In this document: piece after piece, positions 49,801-61,800 of the stretch
Layout: every line of letters starts with the position of its first letter
Numbering within the stretch: the first letter of the stretch is position 1
NCBI RefSeq assembly: GCF_009914755.1
Contig: NC_060931.1
Strand: one strand, 5' to 3'
Origin: the human T2T-CHM13v2.0 reference genome, Homo sapiens
Length of the DNA stretch: 64,000 bases
The notes under the pieces: model-generated
What the model was told of the DNA's origin: nothing
The model's database searches: none
The model's input: the letters and a program-made list of their open reading frames with translations, nothing else
Translations under genes and position numbers: made by a program

Positions 49801-52800
49801 TAGAAAGGGAAATATCTTCAAATAAAAACCAGACAGAATCATTCTCAGAAAATTCTTTGTGATGTGTGCGTTCAACTCACATAGTTTAACCTTTCTTTTC
49901 ATAGAGCAGTTTGGAAACACTCTGTTTGTAAAGTCTGCAAGTGGATATATGGACCGCATTGAGGCCTTCGTTGGAAACGGGATTTCTTCATTTCATGCTA
50001 GACAGAAGAATTCTCAGTAACTTCTTTGTGCTGTGTGTATTCAACTCACAGAGTGGAACGTCCCTTTGCACAGAGCAGATTTGAAACACTCTTTTTGTGG
50101 AGTTTGCAAGTGGAGATTTCAAGCGATTTGATGCCAACAGTAGAAAAGGAAATATCTTCAAATAAAAACTAGACAGAATCATTCTCAGAAACTACTTTGT
50201 GATGTGTGCCTTCAACTCACAGAGTTTAACCTTTCTTTTCTTAGAGCAGTTTAGAAACACTCTGCTTGTTATGTCTGCAAGTGGATATTTGGACCTCTTT
50301 GAGGCCTTCGTTGCAAACGGGGTTTCTTCCTTTCATGCTAGACTAAGAAGAGTTCTCAGTAACTTTTTTGTGTTGTGTGTATTCAACTCACAGAGTTGAA
50401 CCCTGCTTTAGAGAGAGCAGATTTGAAACACTCTTGCTGTGGCATTTTCAGGTGGAGATTTCAAGCGATTTGAGGACAATTGCAGAAAAGGAAATATCTT
50501 CGTATAATAACCAGACAGAATCATTCTCAGAAAGTGCTTTGTGATGTGTGCGTTCAACTCACAGAGTTTAACCTTTCTTTTCATAGAGGAGTTTGGAAAC
50601 ACACTGTTTGTAAAGTCTGCAAGTGGATATATGGACCTGTTTGAGGCCTTCGTTGGAAACGGGATTTCTTCATTGAATGCTAGACGGAAGAATTCTCAGT
50701 AAATTCTTTGTGTTGTGTGCATTCAACTCACAGAGTGGAACGTCCCTTTAGACAGAGCAGATTTGAAACACTCTTTTTGCGGAATTTGCAAGTGGAGATT
50801 TCTAGCCATTTGATGCCAACAGTAGAAAGGGAAATATCTTCAAATAAAAACCAGACAGAATCATTCTCAGAAAATTCTTTGTGATGTGTGCGTTCAACTC
50901 ACATAGTTTAACCTTTCTTTTCATAGAGCAGTTTGGAAACACTCTGTTTGTAAAGTCTGCAAGTGGATATATGGACCGCATTGAGGCCTTCGTTGGAAAC
51001 GGGATTTCTTCATTTCATGCTAGACAGAAGAATTCTCAGTAACTTCTTTGTGCTGTGTGTATTCAACTCACAGAGTGGAACGTCCCTTTGCACAGAGCAG
51101 ATTTGAAACACTCTTTTTGTGGAGTTTGCAAGTGGAGATTTCAAGCGATTTGATGCCAACAGTAGAAAAGGAAATATCTTCAAATAAAAACTAGACAGAA
51201 TCATTCTCAGAAACTACTTTGTGATGTGTGCCTTCAACTCACAGAGTTTAACCTTTCTTTTCTTAGAGCAGTTTAGAAACACTCTGCTTGTTACGTCTGC
51301 AAGTGGATATTTGGACCTCTTTGAGGCCTTCGTTGCAAACGGGGTTTCTTCCTTTCATGCTAGACTAAGAAGAGTTCTCAGTAACTTTTTTGTGTTGTGT
51401 GTATTCAACTCACAGAGTTGAACCTTGCTTTAGAGAGAGCAGATTTGAAACACTCTTGCTGTGGCATTTTCAGGTGGAGATTTCAAGCGATTTGAGGACA
51501 ATTGCAGAAAAGGAAATATCTTCGTATAATAACCAGACAGAATCATTCTCAGAAAGTGCTTTGTGATGTGTGCGTTCAACTCACAGAGTTTAACCTTTCT
51601 TTTCATAGAGGAGTTTGGAAACACACTGTTTGTAAAGTCTGCAAGTGGATATATGGACCTGTTTGAGGCCTTCGTTGTAAACGGGATTTCTTCATTGAAT
51701 GCTAGACGGAAGAATTCTCAGTAAATTCTTTGTGTTGTGTGCATTCAACTCACAGAGTGGAACGTCCCTTTAGACAGAGCAGATTTGAAACACTCTTTTT
51801 GCGGAATTTGCAAGTGGAGATTTCTAGCCATTTGATGCCAACAGTAGAAAGGGAAATATCTTCAAATAAAAACCAGACAGAATCATTCTCAGAAAATTCT
51901 TTGTGATGTGTGCGTTCAACTCACATAGTTTAACCTTTCTTTTCATAGAGCAGTTTGGAAACACTCTGTTTGTAAAGTCTGCAAGTGGATATATGGACCG
52001 CATTGAGGCCTTCGTTGGAAACGGGATTTCTTCATTTCATGCTAGACAGAAGAATTCTCAGTAACTTCTTTGTGCTGTGTGTATTCAACTCACAGAGTGG
52101 AACGTCCCTTTGCACAGAGCAGATTTGAAACACTCTTTTTGTGGAGTTTGCAAGTGGAGATTTCAAGCGATTTGATGCCAACAGTAGAAAAGGAAATATC
52201 TTCAAATAGAAACTAGACAGAATCATTCTCAGAAACTACTTTGTGATGTGTGCCTTCAACTCACAGAGTTTAACCTTTCTTTTCTTAGAGCAGTTTAGAA
52301 ACACTCTGCTTGTTATGTCTGCAAGTGGATATTTGGACCTCTTTGAGGCCTTCGTTGCAAACGGGGTTTCTTCCTTTCATGCTAGACTAAGAAGAGTTCT
52401 CAGTAACTTTTTTGTGTTGTGTGTATTCAACTCACAGAGTTGAACCTTGCTTTAGAGAGAGCAGATTTGAAACACTCTTGCTGTGGCATTTTCAGGTGGA
52501 GATTTCAAGCGATTTGAGGACAATTGCAGAAAAGGAAATATCTTCGTATAATAACCAGACAGAATCATTCTCAGAAAGTGCTTTGTGATGTGTGCGTTCA
52601 ACTCACAGAGTTTAACCTTTCTTTTCATAGAGGAGTTTGGAAACACACTGTTTGTAAAGTCTGCAAGTGGATATATGGACCTGTTTGAGGCCTTCGTTGG
52701 AAACGGGATTTCTTCATTGAATGCTAGACGGAAGAATTCTCAGTAAATTCTTTGTGTTGTGTGCATTCAACTCACAGAGTGGAACGTCCCTTTAGACAGA

Positions 52801-55800
52801 GCAGATTTGAAACACTCTTTTTGCGGAATTTGCAAGTGGAGATTTCTAGCCATTTGATGCCAACAGTAGAAAGGGAAATATCTTCAAATAAAAACCAGAC
52901 ACAATCATTCTCAGAAAATTCTTTGTGATGTGTGCGTTCAACTCACATAGTTTAACCTTTCTTTTCATAGAGCAGTTTGGAAACACTCTGTTTGTAAAGT
53001 CTGCAAGTGGATATATGGACCGCATTGAGGCCTTCGTTGGAAACGGGATTTCTTCATTTCATGCTAGACAGAGGAATTCTCAGTAACTTCTTTGTGCTGT
53101 GTGTATTCAACTCACAGAGTGGAACGTCCCTTTGCACAGAGCAGATTTGAAACACTCTTTTTGTGGAGTTTGCAAGTGGAGATTTCAAGCGATTTGATGC
53201 CAACAGTAGAAAAGGAAATATCTTCAAATAAAAACTAGACAGAATCATTCTCAGAAACTACTTTGTGATGTGTGCCTTCAACTCACAGAGTTTAACCTTT
53301 CTTTTCTTAGAGCAGTTTAGAAACACTCTGCTTGTTATGTCTGCAAGTGGATATTTGGACCTCTTTGAGGCCTTTGTTGCAAACGGGGTTTCTTCCTTTC
53401 ATGCTAGACTAAGAAGAGTTCTCAGTAACTTTTTTGTGTTGTGTGTATTCAACTCACAGAGTTGAACCTTGCTTTAGAGAGAGCAGATTTGAAACACTCT
53501 TGCTGTGGCATTTTCAGGTGGAGATTTCAAGCGATTTGAGGACAATTGCAGAAAAGGAAATATCTTCGTATAATAACCAGACAGAATCATTCTCAGAAAG
53601 TGCTTTGTGATGTGTGCGTTCAACTCACAGAGTTTAACCTTTCTTTTCATAGAGGAGTTTGGAAACACACTGTTTGTAAAGTCTGCAAGTGGATATATGG
53701 ACCTGTTTGAGGCCTTCGTTGGAAACGGGATTTCTTCATTGAATGCTAGACGGAAGAATTCTCAGTAAATTCTTTGTGTTGTGTGCATTCAACTCACAGA
53801 GTGGAACGTCCCTTTAGACAGAGCAGATTTGAAACACTCTTTTTGCGGAATTTGCAAGTGGAGATTTCTAGCCATTTGATGCCAACAGTAGAAAGGGAAA
53901 TATCTTCAAATAAAAACCAGACAGAATCATTCTCAGAAAATTCTTTGTGATGTGTGCGTTCAACTCACATAGTTTAACCTTTCTTTTCATAGAGCAGTTT
54001 GGAAACACTCTGTTTGTAAAGTCTGCAAGTGGATATATGGACCGCATTGAGGCCTTCGTTGGAAACGGGATTTCTTCATTTCATGCTAGACAGAAGAATT
54101 CTCAGTAACTTCTTTGTGCTGTGTGTATTCAACTCACAGAGTGGAACGTCCCTTTGCACAGAGCAGATTTGAAACACTCTTTTTGTGGAGTTTGCAAGTG
54201 GAGATTTCAAGCGATTTGATGCCAACAGTAGAAAAGGAAATATCTTCAAATAAAAACTAGACAGAATCATTCTCAGAAACTACTTTGTGATGTGTGCCTT
54301 CAACTCACAGAGTTTAACCTTTCTTTTCTTAGAGCAGTTTAGAAACACTCTGCTTGTTACGTCTGCAAGTGGATATTTGGACCTCTTTGAGGCCTTCGTT
54401 GCAAACGGGGTTTCTTCCTTTCATGCTAGACTAAGAAGAGTTCTCAGTAACTTTTTTGTGTTGTGTGTATTCAACTCACAGAGTTGAACCTTGCTTTAGA
54501 GAGAGCAGATTTGAAACACTCTTGCTGTGGCATTTTCAGGTGGAGATTTCAAGCGATTTGAGGACAATTGCAGAAAAGGAAATATCTTCGTATAATAACC
54601 AGACAGAATCATTCTCAGAAAGTGCTTTGTGATGTGTGCGTTCAACTCACAGAGTTTAACCTTTCTTTTCATAGAGGAGTTTGGAAACACACTGTTTGTA
54701 AAGTCTGCAAGTGGATATATGGACCTGTTTAAGGCCTTCGTTGGAAACGGGATTTCTTCATTGAATGCTAGACGGAAGAATTCTCAGTAAATTCTTTGTG
54801 TTGTGTGCATTCAACTCACAGAGTGGAACGTCCCTTTAGACAGAGCAGATTTGAAACACTCTTTTTGCGGAATTTGCAAGTGGAGATTTCTAGCCATTTG
54901 ATGCCAACAGTAGAAAGGGAAATATCTTCAAATAAAAACCAGACAGAATCATTCTCAGAAAATTCTTTGTGATGTGTGCGTTCAACTCACATAGTTTAAC
55001 CTTTCTTTTCATAGAGCAGTTTGGAAACACTCTGTTTGTAAAGTCTGCAAGTGGATATATGGACCGCATTGAGGCCTTCGTTGGAAACGGGATTTCTTCA
55101 TTTCATGCTAGACAGAAGAATTCTCAGTAACTTCTTTGTGCTGTGTGTATTCAACTCACAGAGTGGAACGTCCCTTTGCACAGAGCAGATTTGAAACACT
55201 CTTTTTGTGGAGTTTGCAAGTGGAGATTTCAAGCGATTTGATGCCAACAGTAGAAAAGGAAATATCTTCAAATAAAAACTAGACAGAATCATTCTCAGAA
55301 ACTACTTTGTGATGTGTGCCTTCAACTCACAGAGTTTAACCTTTCTTTTCTTAGAGCAGTTTAGAAACACTCTGCTTGTTATGTCTGCAAGTGGATATTT
55401 GGACCTCTTTGAGGCCTTCGTTGCAAACGGGGTTTCTTCCTTTCATGCTAGACTAAGAAGAGTTCTCAGTAACTTTTTTGTGTTGTGTGTATTCAACTCA
55501 CAGAGTTGAACCTTGCTTTAGAGAGAGCAGATTTGAAACACTCTTGCTGTGGCATTTTCAGGTGGAGATTTCAAGCGATTTGAGGACAATTGCAGAAAAG
55601 GAAATATCTTCGTATAATAACCAGACAGAATCATTCTCAGAAAGTGCTTTGTGATGTGTGCGTTCAACTCACAGAGTTTAACCTTTCTTTTCATAGAGGA
55701 GTTTGGAAACACACTGTTTGTAAAGTCTGCAAGTGGATATATGGACCTGTTTGAGGCCTTCGTTGGAAACGGGATTTCTTCATTGAATGCTAGACGGAAG

Positions 55801-58800
55801 AATTCTCAGTAAATTCTTTGTGTTGTGTGCATTCAACTCACAGAGTGGAACGTCCCTTTAGACAGAGCAGATTTGAAACACTCTTTTTGCGGAATTTGCA
55901 AGTGGAGATTTCTAGCCATTTGATGCCAACAGTAGAAAGGGAAATATCTTCAAATAAAAACCAGACAGAATCATTCTCAGAAAATTCTTTGTGATGTGTG
56001 CGTTCAACTCACATAGTTTAACCTTTCTTTTCATAGAGCAGTTTGGAAACACTCTGTTTGTAAAGTCTGCAAGTGGATATATGGACCGCATTGAGGCCTT
56101 CGTTGGAAACGGGATTTCTTCATTTCATGCTAGACAGAAGAATTCTCAGTAACTTCTTTGTGCTGTGTGTATTCAACTCACAGAGTGGAACGTCCCTTTG
56201 CACAGAGCAGATTTGAAACACTCTTTTTGTGGAGTTTGCAAGTGGAGATTTCAAGCGATTTGATGCCAACAGTAGAAAAGGAAATATCTTCAAATAAAAA
56301 CTAGACAGAATCATTCTCAGAAACTACTTTGTGATGTGTGCCTTCAACTCACAGAGTTTAACCTTTCTTTTCTTAGAGCAGTTTAGAAACACTCTGCTTG
56401 TTACGTCTGCAAGTGGATATTTGGACCTCTTTGAGGCCTTCGTTGCAAACGGGGTTTCTTCCTTTCATGCTAGACTAAGAAGAGTTCTCAGTAACTTTTT
56501 TGTGTTGTGTGTATTCAACTCACAGAGTTGAACCTTGCTTTAGAGAGAGCAGATTTGAAACACTCTTGCTGTGGCATTTTCAGGTGGAGATTTCAAGCGA
56601 TTTGAGGACAATTGCAGAAAAGGAAATATCTTCGTATAATAACCAGACAGAATCATTCTCAGAAAGTGCTTTGTGATGTGTGCGTTCAACTCACAGAGTT
56701 TAACCTTTCTTTTCATAGAGGAGTTTGGAAACACACTGTTTGTAAAGTCTGCAAGTGGATATATGGACCTGTTTAAGGCCTTCGTTGGAAACGGGATTTC
56801 TTCATTGAATGCTAGACGGAAGAATTCTCAGTAAATTCTTTGTGTTGTGTGCATTCAACTCACAGAGTGGAACGTCCCTTTAGACAGAGCAGATTTGAAA
56901 CACTCTTTTTGCGGAATTTGCAAGTGGAGATTTCTAGCCATTTGATGCCAACAGTAGAAAGGGAAATATCTTCAAATAAAAACCAGACAGAATCATTCTC
57001 AGAAAATTCTTTGTGATGTGTGCGTTCAACTCACATAGTTTAACCTTTCTTTTCATAGAGCAGTTTGGAAACACTCTGTTTGTAAAGTCTGCAAGTGGAT
57101 ATATGGACCGCATTGAGGCCTTCGTTGGAAACGGGATTTCTTCATTTCATGCTAGACAGAAGAATTCTCAGTAACTTCTTTGTGCTGTGTGTATTCAACT
57201 CACAGAGTGTAACGTCCCTTTACACAGAGCAGATTTGAAACACTCTTTTTGTGGAGTTTGCAAGTGGAGATTTCAAGCGATTTGATGCCTACAGTAGAAA
57301 AGGAAATATCTTCAAATAAAAACTAGACAGAATCATTCTCAGAAACTACTTTGTGATGTGTGCCTTCAACTCACAGAGTTTAACCTTTCTTTTCTTAGAG
57401 CAGTTTAGAAACACTCTGCTTGTTATGTCTGCAAGTGGATATTTGGACCTCTTTGAGGCCTTCATTGCAAACGGTGTTTCTTCCTTTCATGCTAGACTAA
57501 GAAGAGTTCTCAGTAACTTTTTTGTGTTGTGTGTATTCAACTCACAGAGTTGAACCTTGCTTTAGAGAGAGCAGATTTGAAACACTCTTGCTGTGGCATT
57601 TTCAGGTGGAGATTTCAAGCGATTTGAGGACAATTGCAGAAAAGGAAATATCTTCGTATAATAACCAGACAGAATCATTCTCAGAAAGTGCTTTGTGATG
57701 TGTGTGTTCAACTCACAGAGTTTAACCTTTCTTTTCATAGAGGAGTTTGGAAACACACTGTTTGTAAAGTCTGCAAGTGGATACATGGACCTGTTTGAGG
57801 CCTTCGTTGGAAACGGGATTTCTTCATTGAATGCTAGACGGAAGAATTCTCAGTAAATTCTTTGTGTTGTGTGCATTGAACTCACAGAGTGGAACGTCCC
57901 TTTAGACAGAGCAGATTTGAAACACTCTTTTTGCGGAATTTGCAAGTGGAGATTTCTAGCCATTTGATGCCAACAGTAGAAAGGGAAATATCTTCAAATA
58001 AAAACCAGACAGAATCATTCTCAGAAAATTCTTTGTGATGTGTGCGTTCAACTCACATAGTTTAACCTTTCTTTTCATAGAGCAGTTTGGAAACACTCTG
58101 TTTGTAAAGTCTGCAAGTGGATATATGGACCGCATTGAGGCCTTCGTTGGAAACGGGATTTCTTCATTTCATGCTAGACAGAAGAATTCTCAGTAACTTC
58201 TTTGTGCTGTGTGTATTCAACTCACAGAGTGGAACGTCCCTTTGCACAGAGCAGATTTGAAACACTCTTTTTGTGGAGTTTGCAAGTGGAGATTTCAAGC
58301 GATTTGATGCCAACAGTAGAAAAGGAAATATCTTCAAATAAAAACTAGACAGAATCATTCTCAGAAACTACTTTGTGATGTGTGCCTTCAACTCACAGAG
58401 TTTAACCTTTCTTTTCTTAGAGCAGTTTAGAAACACTCTGCTTGTTATGTCTGCAAGTGGATATTTGGACCTCTTTGAGGCCTTCGTTGCAAACGGGGTT
58501 TCTTCCTTTCATGCTAGACTAAGAAGAGTTCTCAGTAACTTTTTTGTGTTGTGTGTATTCAACTCACAGAGTTGAACCTTGCTTTAGAGAGAGCAGATTT
58601 GAAACACTCTTGCTGTGGCATTTTCAGGTGGAGATTTCAAGCGATTTGAGGACAATTGCAGAAAAGGAAATATCTTCGTATAATAACCAGACAGAATCAT
58701 TCTCAGAAAGTGCTTTGTGATGTGTGCGTTCAACTCACAGAGTTTAACCTTTCTTTTCATAGAGGAGTTTGGAAACACACTGTTTGTAAAGTCTGCAAGT

Positions 58801-61800
58801 GGATATATGGACCTGTTTGAGGCCTTCGTTGGAAACGGGATTTCTTCATTGAATGCTAGACGGAAGAATTCTCAGTAAATTCTTTGTGTTGTGTGCATTC
58901 AACTCACAGAGTGGAACGTCCCTTTAGACAGAGCAGATTTGAAACACTCTTTTTGCGGAATTTGCAAGTGGAGATTTCTAGCCATTTGATGCCAACAGTA
59001 GAAAGGGAAATATCTTCAAATAAAAACCAGACAGAATCATTCTCAGAAAATTCTTTGTGATGTGTGCGTTCAACTCACATAGTTTAACCTTTCTTTTCAT
59101 AGAGCAGTTTGGAAACACTCTGTTTGTAAAGTCTGCAAGTGGATATATGGACCGCATTGAGGCCTTCGTTGGAAACGGGATTTCTTCATTTCATGCTAGA
59201 CAGAAGAATTCTCAGTAACTTCTTTGTGCTGTGTGTATTCAACTCACAGAGTGGAACGTCCCTTTGCACAGAGCAGATTTGAAACACTCTTTTTGTGGAG
59301 TTTGCAAGTGGAGATTTCAAGCGATTTGATGCCAACAGTAGAAAAGGAAATATCTTCAAATAAAAACTAGACAGAATCATTCTCAGAAACTACTTTGTGA
59401 TGTGTGCCTTCAACTCACAGACTTTAACCTTTCTTTTCTTAGAGCAGTTTAGAAACACTCTGCTTGTTACGTCTGCAAGTGGATATTTGGACCTCTTTGA
59501 GGCCTTCGTTGCAAACGGGGTTTCTTCCTTTCATGCTAGACTAAGAAGAGTTCTCAGTAACTTTTTTGTGTTGTGTGTATTCAACTCACAGAGTTGAACC
59601 TTGCTTTAGAGAGAGCAGATTTGAAACACTCTTGCTGTGGCATTTTCAGGTGGAGATTTCAAGCGATTTGAGGACAATTGCAGAAAAGGAAATATCTTCG
59701 TATAATAACCAGACAGAATCATTCTCAGAAAGTGCTTTGTGATGTGTGCGTTCAACTCACAGAGTTTAACCTTTCTTTTCATAGAGGAGTTTGGAAACAC
59801 ACTGTTTGTAAAGTCTGCAAGTGGATATATGGACCTGTTTAAGGCCTTCGTTGGAAACGGGATTTCTTCATTGAATGCTAGACGGAAGAATTCTCAGTAA
59901 ATTCTTTGTGTTGTGTGCATTCAACTCACAGAGTGGAACGTCCCTTTAGACAGAGCAGATTTGAAACACTCTTTTTGCGGAATTTGCAAGTGGAGATTTC
60001 TAGCCATTTGATGCCAACAGTAGAAAGGGAAATATCTTCAAATAAAAACCAGACAGAATCATTCTCAGAAAATTCTTTGTGATGTGTGCGTTCACCTCAC
60101 ATAGTTTAACCTTTCTTTTCATAGAGCAGTTTGGAAACACTCTGTTTGTAAAGTCTGCAAGTGGATATATGGACCGCATTGAGGCCTTCGTTGGAAACGG
60201 GATTTCTTCATTTCATGCTAGACAGAAGAATTCTCAGTAACTTCTTTGTGCTGGGTGTATTCAACTCACAGAGTGGAACGTCCCTTTGCACAGAGCAGAT
60301 TTGAAACACTCTTTTTGTGGAGTTTGCAAGTGGAGATTTCAAGCGATTTGATGCCTACAGTAGAAAAGGAAATATCTTCAAATAAAAACTAGACAGAATC
60401 ATTCTCAGAAACTACTTTGTGATGTGTGCCTTCAACTCACAGAGTTTAACCTTTCTTTTCTTAGAGCAGTTTAGAAACACTCTGCTTGTTATGTCTGCAA
60501 GTGGATATTTGGACCTCTTTGAGGCCTTCGTTGCAAACGGGGTTTCTTCCTTTCATGCTAGACTAAGAAGAGTTCTCAGTAACTTTTTTGTGTTGTGTGT
60601 ATTCAACTCACAGAGTTGAACCTTGCTTTAGAGAGAGCAGATTTGAAACACTCTTGCTGTGGCATTTTCAGGTGGAGATTTCAAGCGATTTGAGGACAAT
60701 TGCAGAAAAGGAAATATCTTCGTATAATAACCAGACAGAATCATTCTCAGAAAGTGCTTTGTGATGTGTGCGTTCAACTCACAGAGTTTAACCTTTCTTT
60801 TCATAGAGGAGTTTGGAAACACACTGTTTGTAAAGTCTGCAAGTGGATACATGGACCTGTTTGAGGCCTTCGTTGGAAACGGGATTTCTTCATTGAATGC
60901 TAGACGGAAGAATTCTCAGTAAATTCTTTGTGTTGTGTGCATTCAACTCACAGAGTGGAACGTCCCTTTAGACAGAGCAGATTTGAAACACTCTTTTTGC
61001 GGAATTTGCAAGTGGAGATTTCTAGCCATTTGATGCCAACAGTAGAAAGGGAAATATCTTCAAATAAAAACCAGACAGAATCATTCTCAGAAAATTCTTT
61101 GTGATGTGTGCATTCAACTCACATAGTTTAACCTTTCTTTTCATAGAGCAGTTTGGAAACACTCTGTTTGTAAAGTCTGCAAGTGGATATATGGACCGTA
61201 TTGAGGCCTTCGTTGGAAACGGGATTTCTTCATTTCATGCTAGACAGAAGAATTCTCAGTAACTTCTTTGTGCTGTGTGTATTCAACTCACAGAGTGGAA
61301 CGTCCCTTTGCACAGAGCAGATTTGAAACACTCTTTTTGTGGAGTTTGCAAGTGGAGATTTCAAGCGATTTGATGCCAACAGTAGAAAAGGAAATATCTT
61401 CAAATAAAAACTAGACAGAATCATTCTCAGAAACTACTTTGTGATGTGTGCCTTCAACTCACAGAGTTTAACCTTTCTTTTCTTAGAGCAGTTTAGAAAC
61501 ACTCTGCTTGTTATGTCTGCAAGTGGATATTTGGACCTCTTTGAGGCCTTCGTTGCAAACGGGGTTTCTTCCTTTCATGCTAGACTAAGAAGAGTTCTCA
61601 GTAACTTTTTTGTGTTGTGTGTATTCAACTCACAGAGTTGAACCTTGCTTTAGAGAGAGCAGATTTGAAACACTCTTGCTGTGGCATTTTCAGGTGGAGA
61701 TTTCAAGCGATTTGAGGACAATTGCAGAAAAGGAAATATCTTCGTATAATAACCAGACAGAATCATTCTCAGAAAGTGCTTTGTGATGTGTGCGTTCAAC

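Noticed and set aside
51670-51686. Box B variant CTTCGTTGTAAACGGGA counted as a lost CENP-B site
   Set aside because: The change is at non-core position 9, and all nine essential bases remain.
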